Shown here: one piece after another, positions 50,791 to 62,617 of the stretch | How the letters are laid out: each line of letters opens with the position of its first letter | Position numbering within the stretch: the first letter of the stretch is position 1 | DNA from: Vitrella brassicaformis CCMP3155 | Lineage: Eukaryota; Protista; Chromerida | Direction: 5' to 3' | NCBI GenBank assembly: GCA_001179505.1 | Contig: CDMY01000376.1 | Coordinates: 390,399 to 454,398, forward strand | DNA: 64,000 bases | The notes under the pieces: generated by a model | What the model saw: only the letters and a program-made list of their open reading frames with translations | Told to the model about the DNA's origin: nothing | Database searches by the model: none | Position numbers and translations under genes: made by a program

Positions 50791-53700
50791 TCAAACGGCC
50801 TTAGGACGCAGCTCCTATGAACACACACGACCACAGACGAAGAACGGAACATGCACAAGTTTGTGCAGCTTGTGTCTCTCTCTGGCCTACCTTAATGAAG
50901 TCCTCCAGCGTGAAAGCATCTTCATCGCCCTCTTCCTCTTCCTCTTCCTCTTCCTCCTGCTGCGCAGGGGCCTCCGGCTTGATCGCCGCTTCATGGTCCA
51001 TCCACTCACCGCCCCTTCCCTCTTCTTCGTCGGCCGCCTGAGGCGTGTGGGGGGGCGCCACAGGGGCTTCGCCTGTCTTGGCCGATGGGTGCACCTCACT
51101 GCTGGTCGTCGAGCGGTCAACTCTTGCCATGTCTGCGATGTCCACTGCTCCTTCTGGCCGACCTGTCATGGTGTCACGGTCGTCAGCCTTTGCCGCAGCC
51201 ACGGCGCCGGGCAGTGCAGGCACTGGCTCCTCTGAACCACTTCCTTCTCCTTCGTCTTCTTCTTCTTCTTCTTCTTCGCCATCCGCCGGGCTGTCTCTGA
51301 TGCATATCACTCTGTCAAGCCTAGTTCGCTGCTTTCGCAGCTTAGGCGCGGCCGGTTTCTTCGCCTCATGTGACGACTCCTCCTCCCCGCTGCTGCTGCT
51401 GCTGCTGCTGCCGCCCTCACTCTCGCTTTCTTCCTCCTCTTGTTCATCACTCTCATCACTGCTAAGGCTCAGCGAGTATTGCACCATCATTCGTGTCGAC
51501 GCCCGCGCGAAACCCTCTTTTGGACTTGACGTGCGGGAAGGGAAGCCGCTCACACGGGACGTGGCCGAACGCATGAAGGTGTACTTACGCCGGCTGGCCG
51601 CACGCCGCACCTCCTCTTTCTCTTTGTGGCGCTCCTGCGATGCGGCGATAAGGGCATGCAGCAAAAATGTCGACTCCCACCAGGTGCAAAACGATTGCGA
51701 TGTCTCCGCGAAGCCGGCTTGTGGCACGAACGTCTCGATGAATTCGACGCTGCTCGCCAGATAGGGCGTGACTCTGCCTCTTGTGAGGGTGGTCCTCATG
51801 GCCCATGCAAGCCAACAGACCCGACAGAGGGGCTCCAACACCCATAGGAACCCTAACACCATGACCCACCCGTAGCTGTAGACCGCATATAGGCCCCCCT
51901 TTTTGCCTCTGCAAAGGCTCCTCCAGCCGCCTGTGCGGCAGTACGTGTCATGGGGCGATAGCACAACCACGTGCCACAAGATGAAGGCGCCGAGAGACAC
52001 GACTAGCAGAAAGATCGCGCGCCGCTGCCAAATCTTCACCACGCGTCTCTTGGCCTCGTCATTAAAATGACCAAAGGTGACTTTCTTTTCCTGCACAGAG
52101 CGCCAGGTGAGGTTGAGGAACCATGTGACGACAATGGCCACACAGCTGTCGATGAGAGCCAGGACGATCCTGGAGAAAGACAAGGCCGGCGCAATATCGT
52201 CGTCGAAGTCATAGGTGCTGCCAATTTGCGCCCCGCCCCAGAGCAGCAGCAGCACACACATAGTCTGGAACAGAGCCGTCATCCATCGCTGGTGAGCTGT
52301 CGTCTTCAGACTTCGCCCCTGCGGACTTGTGCACTGCCATAGTGGGTGGACCGATGGCAAAAGGACCAGCATGAGAGAAAGAAATGCGGCAGACGAGCTA
52401 ATGGCCACACGCACGGGCATAATTGCCCGCTGCAAAACGTATTGCAGCTCGGTGTCGGTGAGGTACGGCTTGCCCCGCTTGAGCAGAGGCGACTTCGGCG
52501 AGAGAGAAGCGATTGAGACGCGAGCGGGGGTCCGGGTAGCTGATCGTTGCGTGGTATCCCCCTTGATAAGAATACTCTTGTGAGTCTCGCTTCTGCCGGC
52601 GACACTGCTCTTCGTCGTCTCACCGCCTGCGTCAGTGGCCTTGTCGTAGTGTTTTGTTGCCATCTTGCTCAGCGTCTTGGCCCGCTGCTGTACGAAGGTC
52701 CGCATAGACACAAAGATCCCCCGGCTGGTCATGCCCTGGTCCCTCTGGCGTCGCTCGTCGTCGATGTCTTTGATGCGATTTATCGGGGAGACCAGCACCT
52801 CTACGTTGAGACTCTTGGACACTCGGTTGCACAAGTCCTTCTCAATGTCAGGCCAGTTGCTCAGTATCTTTGCGGCAGCGCCTCCGATTCCTCCTTCCCT
52901 AGTTGGCGTCTTCTCCTCCCCACCCATCCTGGTCTTCCGTCTTTCCATACTCGCTGAGATCTTCTGGTGCACTTTTAGCACCAGCACGAGAATGTTCAAC
53001 AGCACGTCGGATGGCTGCAACGCCTCTGGAATATCACCAAGGTCCCGAGGCGATGGCTGCTGAAAATCCACTCCTCGAGACGCCGGCCGAGGAAAGAACG
53101 CCGGTTCCTCCTCTCTTGCGGTCTGCTGAGAACTTTTTGACCTCGACGTGGCTTGCGACGACTGCTTGTCACTTTGGTCCTTCTCCTTCTCCTGCCTCTC
53201 CTCTTCCTTGTCATTCGCATAGCTCTCGAGGAAAGCGCTAAAACCAGCATCGAGGTGCAGCGACGCCCTTCGCACATCAATCGATGGACGCCCAGCCGCA
53301 AGGGCAGGCTTTGAAGGGTGTGTGGGGGCCTTCCTTGAGTCTTGGGCACGTCGCGTGATGATGTTGCCCATGCCATCTCGGAGGACACGTGAAGGTGTTC
53401 CGGACACTGAGGGCGGGGCAGAGGAGACAGCTGATGTGGGTGCCTCCTCTATCAGGGAAGTCCACAGACGATCGACCGGCAGCAGGAAGAACCTGACGAG
53501 GTCGCGCTTCCTCTGCACGAACGCCAGATCCTCTTTCAGTGCCATCGGCCCGACGACCAAAACCACCCCATCCACAAGCAAGAACAAAAGGACCACTGTC
53601 CATCCAGCCTTCTCCTCATCCACTCGGTTGCCGTCATCCGCCCTTACACCTTCGTCAGTCTCGTTATTTCCTGAGAAGTCTGGTTCCTCCAAGTCGTGGC

Positions 53701-56700
53701 CGATCAGAGAGAAAGGGCTCCAAAAGAAAGGCCGCTCTTCGTGCCGAGCTGGCAGGGAGAAGACAGCAACGTCTTGAGACAGGTTGAGGCATCGGCACCG
53801 GCAAGAGGGTCGCGGGTCGAGGTGGACTGATGTCAGTTTGCATTTTCCAGGAATCCAGCCATCATGAGAAGCGTTTAGCGCAAAGCAGACGGGCAGGGTG
53901 CGATTGCCCGCTATCCACTCCGATAGAGACGCATCAGTATTAGCTTGTAGCCGCCGCAGAGAGACGCTCGGTCGATGGATGCTTGTGAGTGTCTCGGTGA
54001 CAGAGGGGGCGAGCGGGAAAGTGACGACGATTGAAGAGCCATTTGAGACGGCTGTCCCATTACTATGGGTAAAACGCGGCTGCAAGGCAAAGGGATAAAG
54101 TCTGTTGACGAGGGACGGGTCAGTCCATTGCATAATCAGAGGATCGGTCGTCCATGCAGTAACCACAGCGATGTCTCCAGCCAACCCAACATCCTCCATC
54201 TGCAGTTGCACCAGTCCCTTGTCGAGCAGTGGGACATCGAACACTCCCCGTCCGTTCATTGCAGGCCAAATGGCAGCCGTGAACGAATACTGTTGGAAGG
54301 TAAGTGGCACTTCATCAATGCCGGCCGCTCTCCGGCCCATCGAAGTGATAATGTTCGACTGTATTCGCGAGGACCTGGACAGGAGGGTGCCGTCTCTCTC
54401 GTGTCTCCACAGCCAGCTGCAAATCGCCAGTGACCGATTCACGCCTGTCTGCAAAAACGCCAGATCCTCTCCGTCTGTCGTGTCCATTGAAGTTGATAAA
54501 GCCCGTGGACGGCATTCAGGCTTGCATTCCGCACGCTCTATCTCTGAGTCGATGTGAGAGGAAGATCCTCCCAAAGCGGCAGTAACAGAGACACCAGGTG
54601 CGGACCCTCCCACGCTGTCGATGGGGACAAGAGTGGCAGCTCTTGCAGCATATCGACAGCTAGCATGGCCATGGCTACGAGACTGTCGTTTGTCGTCGTG
54701 TTAGAGACGGATTGTAAGACAAGCGATTCATCGGCCAAGCTGCGGATGGCAGAGCGGATATCGCGCAGGTTGTTCTCAACGGCCGCACGCCGCACCAGAT
54801 CGTGTGTAGCTGACCCTACAGTATCACGAATCCCACGCAACACCAGCCGCCTCCTTTGCAAATGGCCCAACACGACTTCCAGGCGATCAGAGAGCAACTC
54901 ATTGCTTGAATTGAGATAATTGCTGACGACTATGCCGGCAGGAAGAATCAGTGTGCTGTTTCCGTCAGCGATTGTCCGCTGTCTCGCTGAAGGGGTCTGG
55001 ACAAACGCCGAGGACGCTCCCAAGGAATCGCGACAACTCATCCAGAAATACCACTCGCCGGGTGGCAGAGATGTAAGGATAATTCCTCGATCGATCTCCT
55101 CCCATTCATCCGTCAGAGGGAAGCCGCCTCATTCATGCAGCAGGCTGCGATTGGCGACCGGCACCAGTCCATCAACGATTGCACGCGACTGATTGACATG
55201 TGATGTCCAGTAAAGGCCATCTGTGATGTTGGTGAAGGGCGGAGAAGGCGAGTAGGGAAACAACGATGTCGTCCAGATGTTATAAGTCACTGGAAGGTCT
55301 TTGTCGAAGCACTGAAAGGCAAAAGAAGGGATGAAAGACGCAGCCAGGTGACTGCAATTCGCTTACGTACCTCGGCAACGCTGATCTGGAAGATGGTCTC
55401 AAATGATCGTCCCTCAGTGGGCACGACAGTCGCAGTGCCGCCCTCCATGTCTCCCATTCTCTCCGTTGGCGGTCGATTCAGCTCCACACCCACTTCTCTC
55501 ACCACGGCTGAGCCCTCTAGTTCGGCACCGGGCACCGTAATGCTAAGTTGAAAGCGATAGCTAGCCTCTTCGAGTAAGGACGGAGGAATGATACCAAGGA
55601 TCAGTCTGACGCCGAGGTCGAGAGATGATGTGGGGACTGAGACTGTGTGAGCGGGCACGGTGTCGACGACAAAGGCGGCAAGTGGCCGAAACACGACTGA
55701 GGCAGCCGTGGGTGGAGTGGTCGTTGTCGAGCTCGTGACTTCTGCGGTGCTATTGTGGGCCAGGGATGGCACCGTAGAAGTGGCATTGACGGCAAGTCCC
55801 TCGAAGGTGCGGACATTTTCCCCAGCCGCTGCGGGATAGCGCACAGCCAGCTGTCGTAGCAAGAAGAGATTGCGTGACACCGCTTTCATCAAATCATCCT
55901 CCAGCTCCTTTTCTAACGCAGTTTCCATTCCTCTGCTTTCCAAATCCCGGTGCAACATATCCACCAGTTCCATGTGTCCGTCGGCGTCGTCTTCGATGAC
56001 CGTCTCCATTGGTGGCAGATTGGGTGTCTCACCGGGAACACGGAGGTTGTTTATTCGACCAGTTGTCCCGTCATAGCCGAGCCAGTAGCCAAGGTTGGTG
56101 AGTGGTGGGTAGGCGTATGGTCGGTGTGTGGTCTGAGACACGAGAGGAGGTCGGACGACGTCAATCGGGTGTCCATCTTGCGATAGCCATGCCCAGCCGG
56201 TTTGCCCTTCGGCAGAGCACTCGTCGCTTTGCAGCACCTGTCCACGAAAAGATGCAAGACAGAATTGCAGTCCTGTAGAAATTTCTGAGCACAAACATGT
56301 CTCACCTCTGCTACAAGCACAAGAGGCTGGTGTTTATTGATCCGTGGCGGCAACACAAATGCACTCACAGGTGGTCCCAAAGGGACATTTACTGCTTCGA
56401 CCCTCACCTCCAACACGCCGCCTTCATCAGCTGGTCCCTGACTTCCCTGACTCCCGTGCTCGAAATATCTCTCGCGCAATAGGCTGAAGCGCAATGTCAG
56501 CCGATCGGAGAGCGACATGACGTTGGGCGGCAATATGAGATAGCCGGAAATACGGGCTTGGCTGATCGATGATTGCAGCGGGGACGGACATGGCTGTGAA
56601 GACGAAGTGAGGGTGGTGTAGTCGAGGCATTGCCAGGATGGTATTCGCCTTTCGACGACCGCGAGAGGGTCGTTGCTCTTGGTCTCCCGGGTGATTTGTG

Positions 56701-59047
56701 CTGACTGAGAAGCGTCGAAGATGAGAGGGCAGGATGGATGGATGCTCAGAGAAATGTCATTTCCCTCGCCTCTCTCAAGGTGAGCCAGTCCCAACAGAGA
56801 CGATTCCAGCGGCGCCATATTGACCGTCAGCTCCGTTTCGAAATAGCCCCACGGCAGCGCTAGTCCTCCAGGTATCGGCGTTGAGACCTCTCCGCCAGCA
56901 ACAGCATTACCCGCTGCATCATCAAGGGACGAAAAGAGAGACGCGCAAAGCACCTGGCCGGGCACGGGGGACAGTGTCAGAGACATCAATAACCGATGGA
57001 TGGACAGCTCTGGTGCAAGTGCATATGGGCGAACAAGTAGGCGAAAAGACGACGAGTGTAGGGACTGGGTGAAGGGGCCCTCGTGTGATCGGAATGGGAA
57101 GAGATAAAGGACGAAGGAGCTGTCGATTGTCTCCAACACATCAGGATAGAATAGGTCAGGTGGAAGAGATTGGAGGCTCCGAGATAGAGACCACTGCGTC
57201 TCGACACCATAATCGCTGGCACTTTCGCACAGAGTGGCCTCTTGTTGCACCGCCCTGGATTCTCCACGCCGGATGAGGGCAGATGGAGCAAGTTGAGCCC
57301 CGACGACTGTACCTTCGCTATCGGTCAATGAATGGTCACTGTCGGGCGGCCTGGATTGAAACGTTGCGCTTGCTTCATCCGTCCGATAAGCCTCGAGCAA
57401 GGAGGAAGATGTCATGAGAACCGGCGGATTCATTAGAGAGGCAGAGGCATGCGGGACAATCATCACATGCACCTCGACCAGCCGTGATGCTGAGGTACGC
57501 AGTGGGGGTGGGCTGCGAACAGTGACGCAGAAGATGAATGCCACGACGAATGAAGAGGGACCGAAATATGTAGCGGCTTGCGGGTAAGACGAGGGGATGG
57601 TCGGCTTATTGGAGTCTGTCTGATACTCCTGGTAGAGCGAAGAGCAGTGGTCGGTATTGTCATAGCCCCCAAACGGATTGTCGAGGAATGTGGCATCTTG
57701 TTTGGCGCTGCAGTTGGTCAAAGTGACGTTCGTTCCATTGCTACATCCTTCCTGCGTCTCACTGTCGACGCCTGTCCACACGCTGACTGCATCGGTCGTA
57801 ACCGCCCCGTTAGCCGCAGACGGCAATTCAGCTGTCGCCAAGAATACATAGTCAGCCACAAGTATTCCCATGTCGGCATCAATAATCCCCTCATCCAGGC
57901 CCCACAAGGATCGATTGGCTCCGTAATTGATGAAGTCACTCAGCTGCTTCGCATGTGGCTGGCCCCATGGGGATTCGACGCAACAGAACTCGAATATAGG
58001 TTGGCTGCTGCGACCGCCGACAAGTGATTGGGAGGCGTCGAGACGCAATGGCTGTGAGGGGCCGAGCGGGTGTGCTGGCCGATAGACGATAAGTGAAGGT
58101 GCGGAAAAGCCAAAGGCCTCGCCAAGCCCCGACAAACCTTCGCTGGCAGCAGTCGTAGGCGTCGTTTCTTCTTCCTCCGCCATGAGATCGACAAAATCAC
58201 CAATGTTTCCCATTGGCGGCAGCAGAGGGATGTTTGTTTGACGCTTCACGAACAGTATGAATGTCGGGTCAGTTTGGAAGGGGAAGGCGTTTGGGGGCAG
58301 CGATGGAAAGACGGTGTGGATGGGAAGGAAGGAATCCGGGAGGGATAGAGGAGCACCTGAGGGAAACAAGGGATAGAGGGGAAACCGGAGTGTTTCTGTG
58401 CATCCCAAGCTGGCCAGGCATGCACCCTTGATTGTGAAGTTCGTTCCAGGCATGGCTGCTGAATTGCGTCCCAAATACACTGTCAATCGTCGCTCTTCCT
58501 CAAGCCAGCACATGCCTCCATCGCCTAGCCCCAAGCTGTCATCTCCCGCGTCGAACGGCGGCCCTCTCTCAATCAACTCATCACACGCATAACGTCGACG
58601 GACGTTCCCACGGACAATCTGTCAAAAGAAGCAATTCACATACATGCACATCCTCTATCAGAATTTGCTTTCATGGTTCACCGGATGGTCGAACAGCAGC
58701 GTTATCTTCCTTCCCCACTCATCAAATCGAAAGGAGCCCTCAATCACAGACGGCCGCAGGTAATCCTCACATGGATGGTAATCTGCCGCATCGACACCTA
58801 CTGCGGGAGCAGCTCTCATCGGCCCCAACCGATATCTGCACGGCGCATGTTTTTGAGCGCTCAGGCAGCACTCCGAGCCACACAGGGATACCAGTGACGC
58901 CTTCCAAATGGAGCCGTTGTTGGTCATGAGTGGCTGCAACGCAGCAGGGTCGGTTGACAGTGAAGGGTTGTCGCATTTGTGGCCGAATGACTGAGCGCAG
59001 AAGGAGGCTGGATAGAGGGCTAAGAGAAGGACAATGAGGCAGGCCAT
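50791..59047 (-). CDS. Polycystin-1-like receptor (~2,600 aa): signal peptide, REJ-like ectodomain, GPS motif, multipass TM region, acidic tail
   Basis: Signal peptide MACLIVLLLALYPASFC. REJ-type LRLDASQS, DKDLPVTY and LPPGEWYFWMSCRDSLGAS; GPS-like CFALNASHDGWIPGKCKL...CRCRCLNLSQDVAVF; about six TM helices with HPLW...HQR and WVLEP. Introns 58619-58681, 56238-56305, 55312-55370, 54544-54605, 50815-50890. One unresolved in-frame TGA at 55129-55131. Confidence 0.72.
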
Positions 59048-59209
59048 TAGGGAACTGCAATAAGGATACACAAAGAAAGTGACAAGGAATGAAGCCTCGG
59101 GGCGTGAATGAAAGGTGGTTCACGATAGCTGACACATCCAATGCGTGCATTCACGCTACAATGAATCAAGTTTCCAACAAAGGCAAGTACACAGATAGTC
59201 TCAATGTCT

Positions 59210-59951
59210 TCACAGTACACGCTGGCTGAAGCTAGGCCTCAATGCACCTCCTCCCTCCCTCATCTGTTCTGCTCTCCCGTCCAGCTCAAACCCGTCTCGC
59301 CTCTCGCCCAGCTTATGCAGGTCATCCCGTATGAACGAGAACAGATACACATCCCTCAATCTCCCGTCCCACCTGTGCCGGTTATGGCTCCTCAGCCTGC
59401 CTTCACACGTGTACCCGCTCCTCTCCAGTACCCTGATGGATGCTTCATTATCAACCCGGGGATAGGCCTCGAGCCGCTCGATACCCAGGGGGCAAGAATC
59501 AGAGAAGACATAAGCTGTGGTGGCGCGAAGGGCAGCTGTTGCCAGCCCTCTGCCCCAATACTTGTCACTGACCCAGTAGCCGATCTCCGCAATGTGCGGA
59601 TCTCCAACCAAGTTCTTGGCCACGCTCACACCACCAACCTGATAAGGACAAGCACAACGTAAAGCGCGTGCATGCGTGGAACTTCGTACGCACTGCGTTG
59701 TGCTGACTGACCAGCTCTTTACCGACATCAATCGATAGGTGAAGCTGCTCCTTGGCTTGGTGTGCTAGCCTTGCCCACGCGACGAAGGACCAGGCATCAT
59801 GCAGAGTGAACGGGAAAGGATGAAGGGCTGCATGAATCCATTTTGCCACTTGATAAGAGTTGGCATGCCTTTGAAGGGACGCAGTATCCACATCGCTCTC
59901 AAGAGGTGCTCGCAGGATGCACTTATCCGTCTTCAAAAAGGGTGGCCACAT
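59210..59951 (-). CDS. GNAT N-acetyltransferase, RimJ/RimL family
   Basis: LKTDKCILRA, HPFPFTLHDA, one intron, then VGGVSV...AEIGYWVSDKYWGRGLATAAL...NEASIRVLERSGYTCEGRLR. Confidence 0.88.
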
Positions 59952-61463
59952 TACAGCTGCCAAGCCGCAAACACGCGTCTCGAGGAAGCTGACGCGTAGG
60001 GTTGTGGGGTCCAGGGTTTGCAGGAAAGCTCGCAATGCTGGACCGCGCCCAAGGGCTCGGCGCAAGGCGGGACCGGGTGGCGCTATGAGCACCTCCGCGC
60101 CATCCACAACTGGCGATGCAAGGTGCCCCTCCCCAACTTCGTCCGGCTCCTCGTCCACTCTCGCGTGCCCCCCTCCCTCCGCCCCTTCCTCTCGGCGGCC
60201 CGCTTGAGTGTGTTCGAGAAGACCGACGACGACGGGGTCGCGACAGGAGGCGTCCGGCCGATTGCGATGGGCGAGACGATCCGTCGCTGGGTCACGCGGG
60301 CGATAGTGCAGCAGAAATCCCCGGAGCTGGAAGCCGCGCTGGCCCCTTGCCAGTACGCAGTGGGGGTGGCGTCCGGCTCCGAGAAACTCATCGCGGCTGT
60401 TCGCACGTTCCTGTCGGCCGGCGAGCCCGACGAGCGACGCGTCCTCCTCAGCCTGGATGCCAAGAACGCCTTCAACACGATGAGCCGCCAGGCCATCCTC
60501 GAGGGTGTCGATCGCCTCTTCTCCGACCTGACGCAGTACTTCCTGCAGTGGTACGGCGAGTCAGCGGAGCTGTGGTTTCACCACGAGAGGGGCTACACAT
60601 GCAAAGTGTCGAGTCAGGAAGGAGTGCAACAGGGCGACTTTGGGGGGCCGGCGTGGTATGCGTGTGGGCTGCATGGGGTGCTGGAGAAGATCAGGACGGC
60701 GCTGCCTGACCGGCTGGTGGTCGCCTTCGCGGACAACATCTACATCGGCACGACGCAGGACAAGGTGGCGCACGACTTCGACGTGGCCGAGAACGAGCTG
60801 GCGATCGTGCGGCAGAACCTCGTGCGGGAGAAGTGCGAGGTGTGGGGCGAGCACTTCACCAAGGGCATGGACCGGCCGGCAAACATGCCCAGCGGTGTGT
60901 GCGTGCGCGACGAGGGGCTGCTGGTGCTGGGCTGCCCGTTCGGCACGTCGGAGTTTATGGAACGGCACTTCGCCAAGGTGCTCAAGAAGACCCAGCACCT
61001 TATCGACAATCTGCCTCAGCTGGAAGACCCGCAGAGCGCCGAGAAGCTCCTCCGCTTCTGCGCCGCGCCGAAGTTCCACTACCACCTCCGCACCTCCCTC
61101 CCCTTCACCCGCCCCCTCGCTGAGGCGGCTGGCAAGCACTCCCGCGCCCTCATTCAGGCCGCCTGCAGCCTCTTCTCCCTCGGCGACATCCAGACCAAGA
61201 CCGTCCGTCAGCTCAAGCTGCCGCTGACTGAGGGGGGGTTCGGCCTCACCGATGCCCACCGCATCGCACCAGCAGCGTACTTCGGCGCAGGGGCGGTGGT
61301 GTTGGCTGATGTGCTCGCCCGCCACGAAGGCGCCGCCTGGATGCCGGTGCACGGACGCGCCGGGCTCGAGGCGCAGCCGTGGGTGCAAGCGATCCAGGCA
61401 GCGTATGACCACCTTCTCGCCCACTATCCCCCATCCCCCCAATCCGACCCCCTACCTGACGTC

Positions 61464-61763
61464 NNNNNNNNNNNNNNNNNNNNNNNNNNNNNNNNNNNNN
61501 NNNNNNNNNNNNNNNNNNNNNNNNNNNNNNNNNNNNNNNNNNNNNNNNNNNNNNNNNNNNNNNNNNNNNNNNNNNNNNNNNNNNNNNNNNNNNNNNNNNN
61601 NNNNNNNNNNNNNNNNNNNNNNNNNNNNNNNNNNNNNNNNNNNNNNNNNNNNNNNNNNNNNNNNNNNNNNNNNNNNNNNNNNNNNNNNNNNNNNNNNNNN
61701 NNNNNNNNNNNNNNNNNNNNNNNNNNNNNNNNNNNNNNNNNNNNNNNNNNNNNNNNNNNNNNN
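61464..61763. other. Assembly gap (300 N) inside the retroelement
   Basis: N run. Confidence 0.99.
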
Positions 61764-62617
61764 CAGTCGAAGGAGTGCAACAGGGCGACTTTGGGGGGCC
61801 GGCGTGGTATGCGTGTGGGCTGCATGGGGTGCTGGAGAAGATCAGGACGGCGCTGCCTGACCGGCTGGTGGTCGCCTTCGCGGACAACATCTACATCGGC
61901 ACGACGCAGGACAAGGTGGCGCACGACTTCGACGTGGCCGAGAACGAGCTGGCGATCGTGCGGCAGAACCTCGTGCGGGAGAAGTGCGAGGTGTGGGGCG
62001 AGCACTTCACCAAGGGCATGGACCGGCCGGCAAACATGCCCAGCGGTGTGTGCGTGCGCGACGAGGGGCTGCTGGTGCTGGGCTGCCCGTTCGGCACGTC
62101 GAAGTTTATGGAAGGGCACTTCGCCAAGGTGCTCAAGAAGACCCAGCACCTTATCGACAATCTGCCTCAGCTGGAAGACCCGCAGAGCGCCGAGAAGCTC
62201 CTCCGCTTCTGCGCCGCGCCGAAGTTCCACTACCACCTCCGCACCTCCCTCCCCTTCACCCGCCCCCTCGCTGAGGCGGCTGGCAAGCACTCCCGCGCCC
62301 TCATTCAGGCAGGCCGCCTGCACCCTCTTCTCCCTCGGCGACATCCAGACCAAGACCGTCCGTCAGCTCAAGCTGCCGCTGACTGAGGGGGGGTTCGGCC
62401 TCACCGATGCCCACCGCATCGCACCAGCAGCGTACTTCGGCGCAGGGGCGGTGGTGTTGGCTGATGTGCTCGCCCGCCACGAAGGCGCCGCCTGGATGCC
62501 GGTGCACGGACGCGCCGGGCTCGAGGCGCAGCCGTGGGTGCAAGCGATCCAGGCAGCGTATGACCACCTTCTCGCCCACTATCCCCCATCCCCCAATCCG
62601 ACCCCCTACCTGACGTC
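61764..62617 (+). repeat. Direct duplication of ~60612-61463 across the gap
   Basis: Near-identical sequence with a few substitutions and two frameshifting indels (~62310 and ~62593) in the second copy. Confidence 0.9.

Noticed and set aside
55129-55131. Selenocysteine at the in-frame TGA
   Set aside because: No redox motif context and no SECIS recognisable by eye. It is kept only as an unresolved stop.
61764-62617. Tandem duplication within the RT as a real biological rearrangement
   Set aside because: It starts exactly at a 300-N gap and the second copy has homopolymer-type indels. Removing it restores one continuous ORF, so a scaffolding or overlap artefact is most likely. Long reads would settle it.
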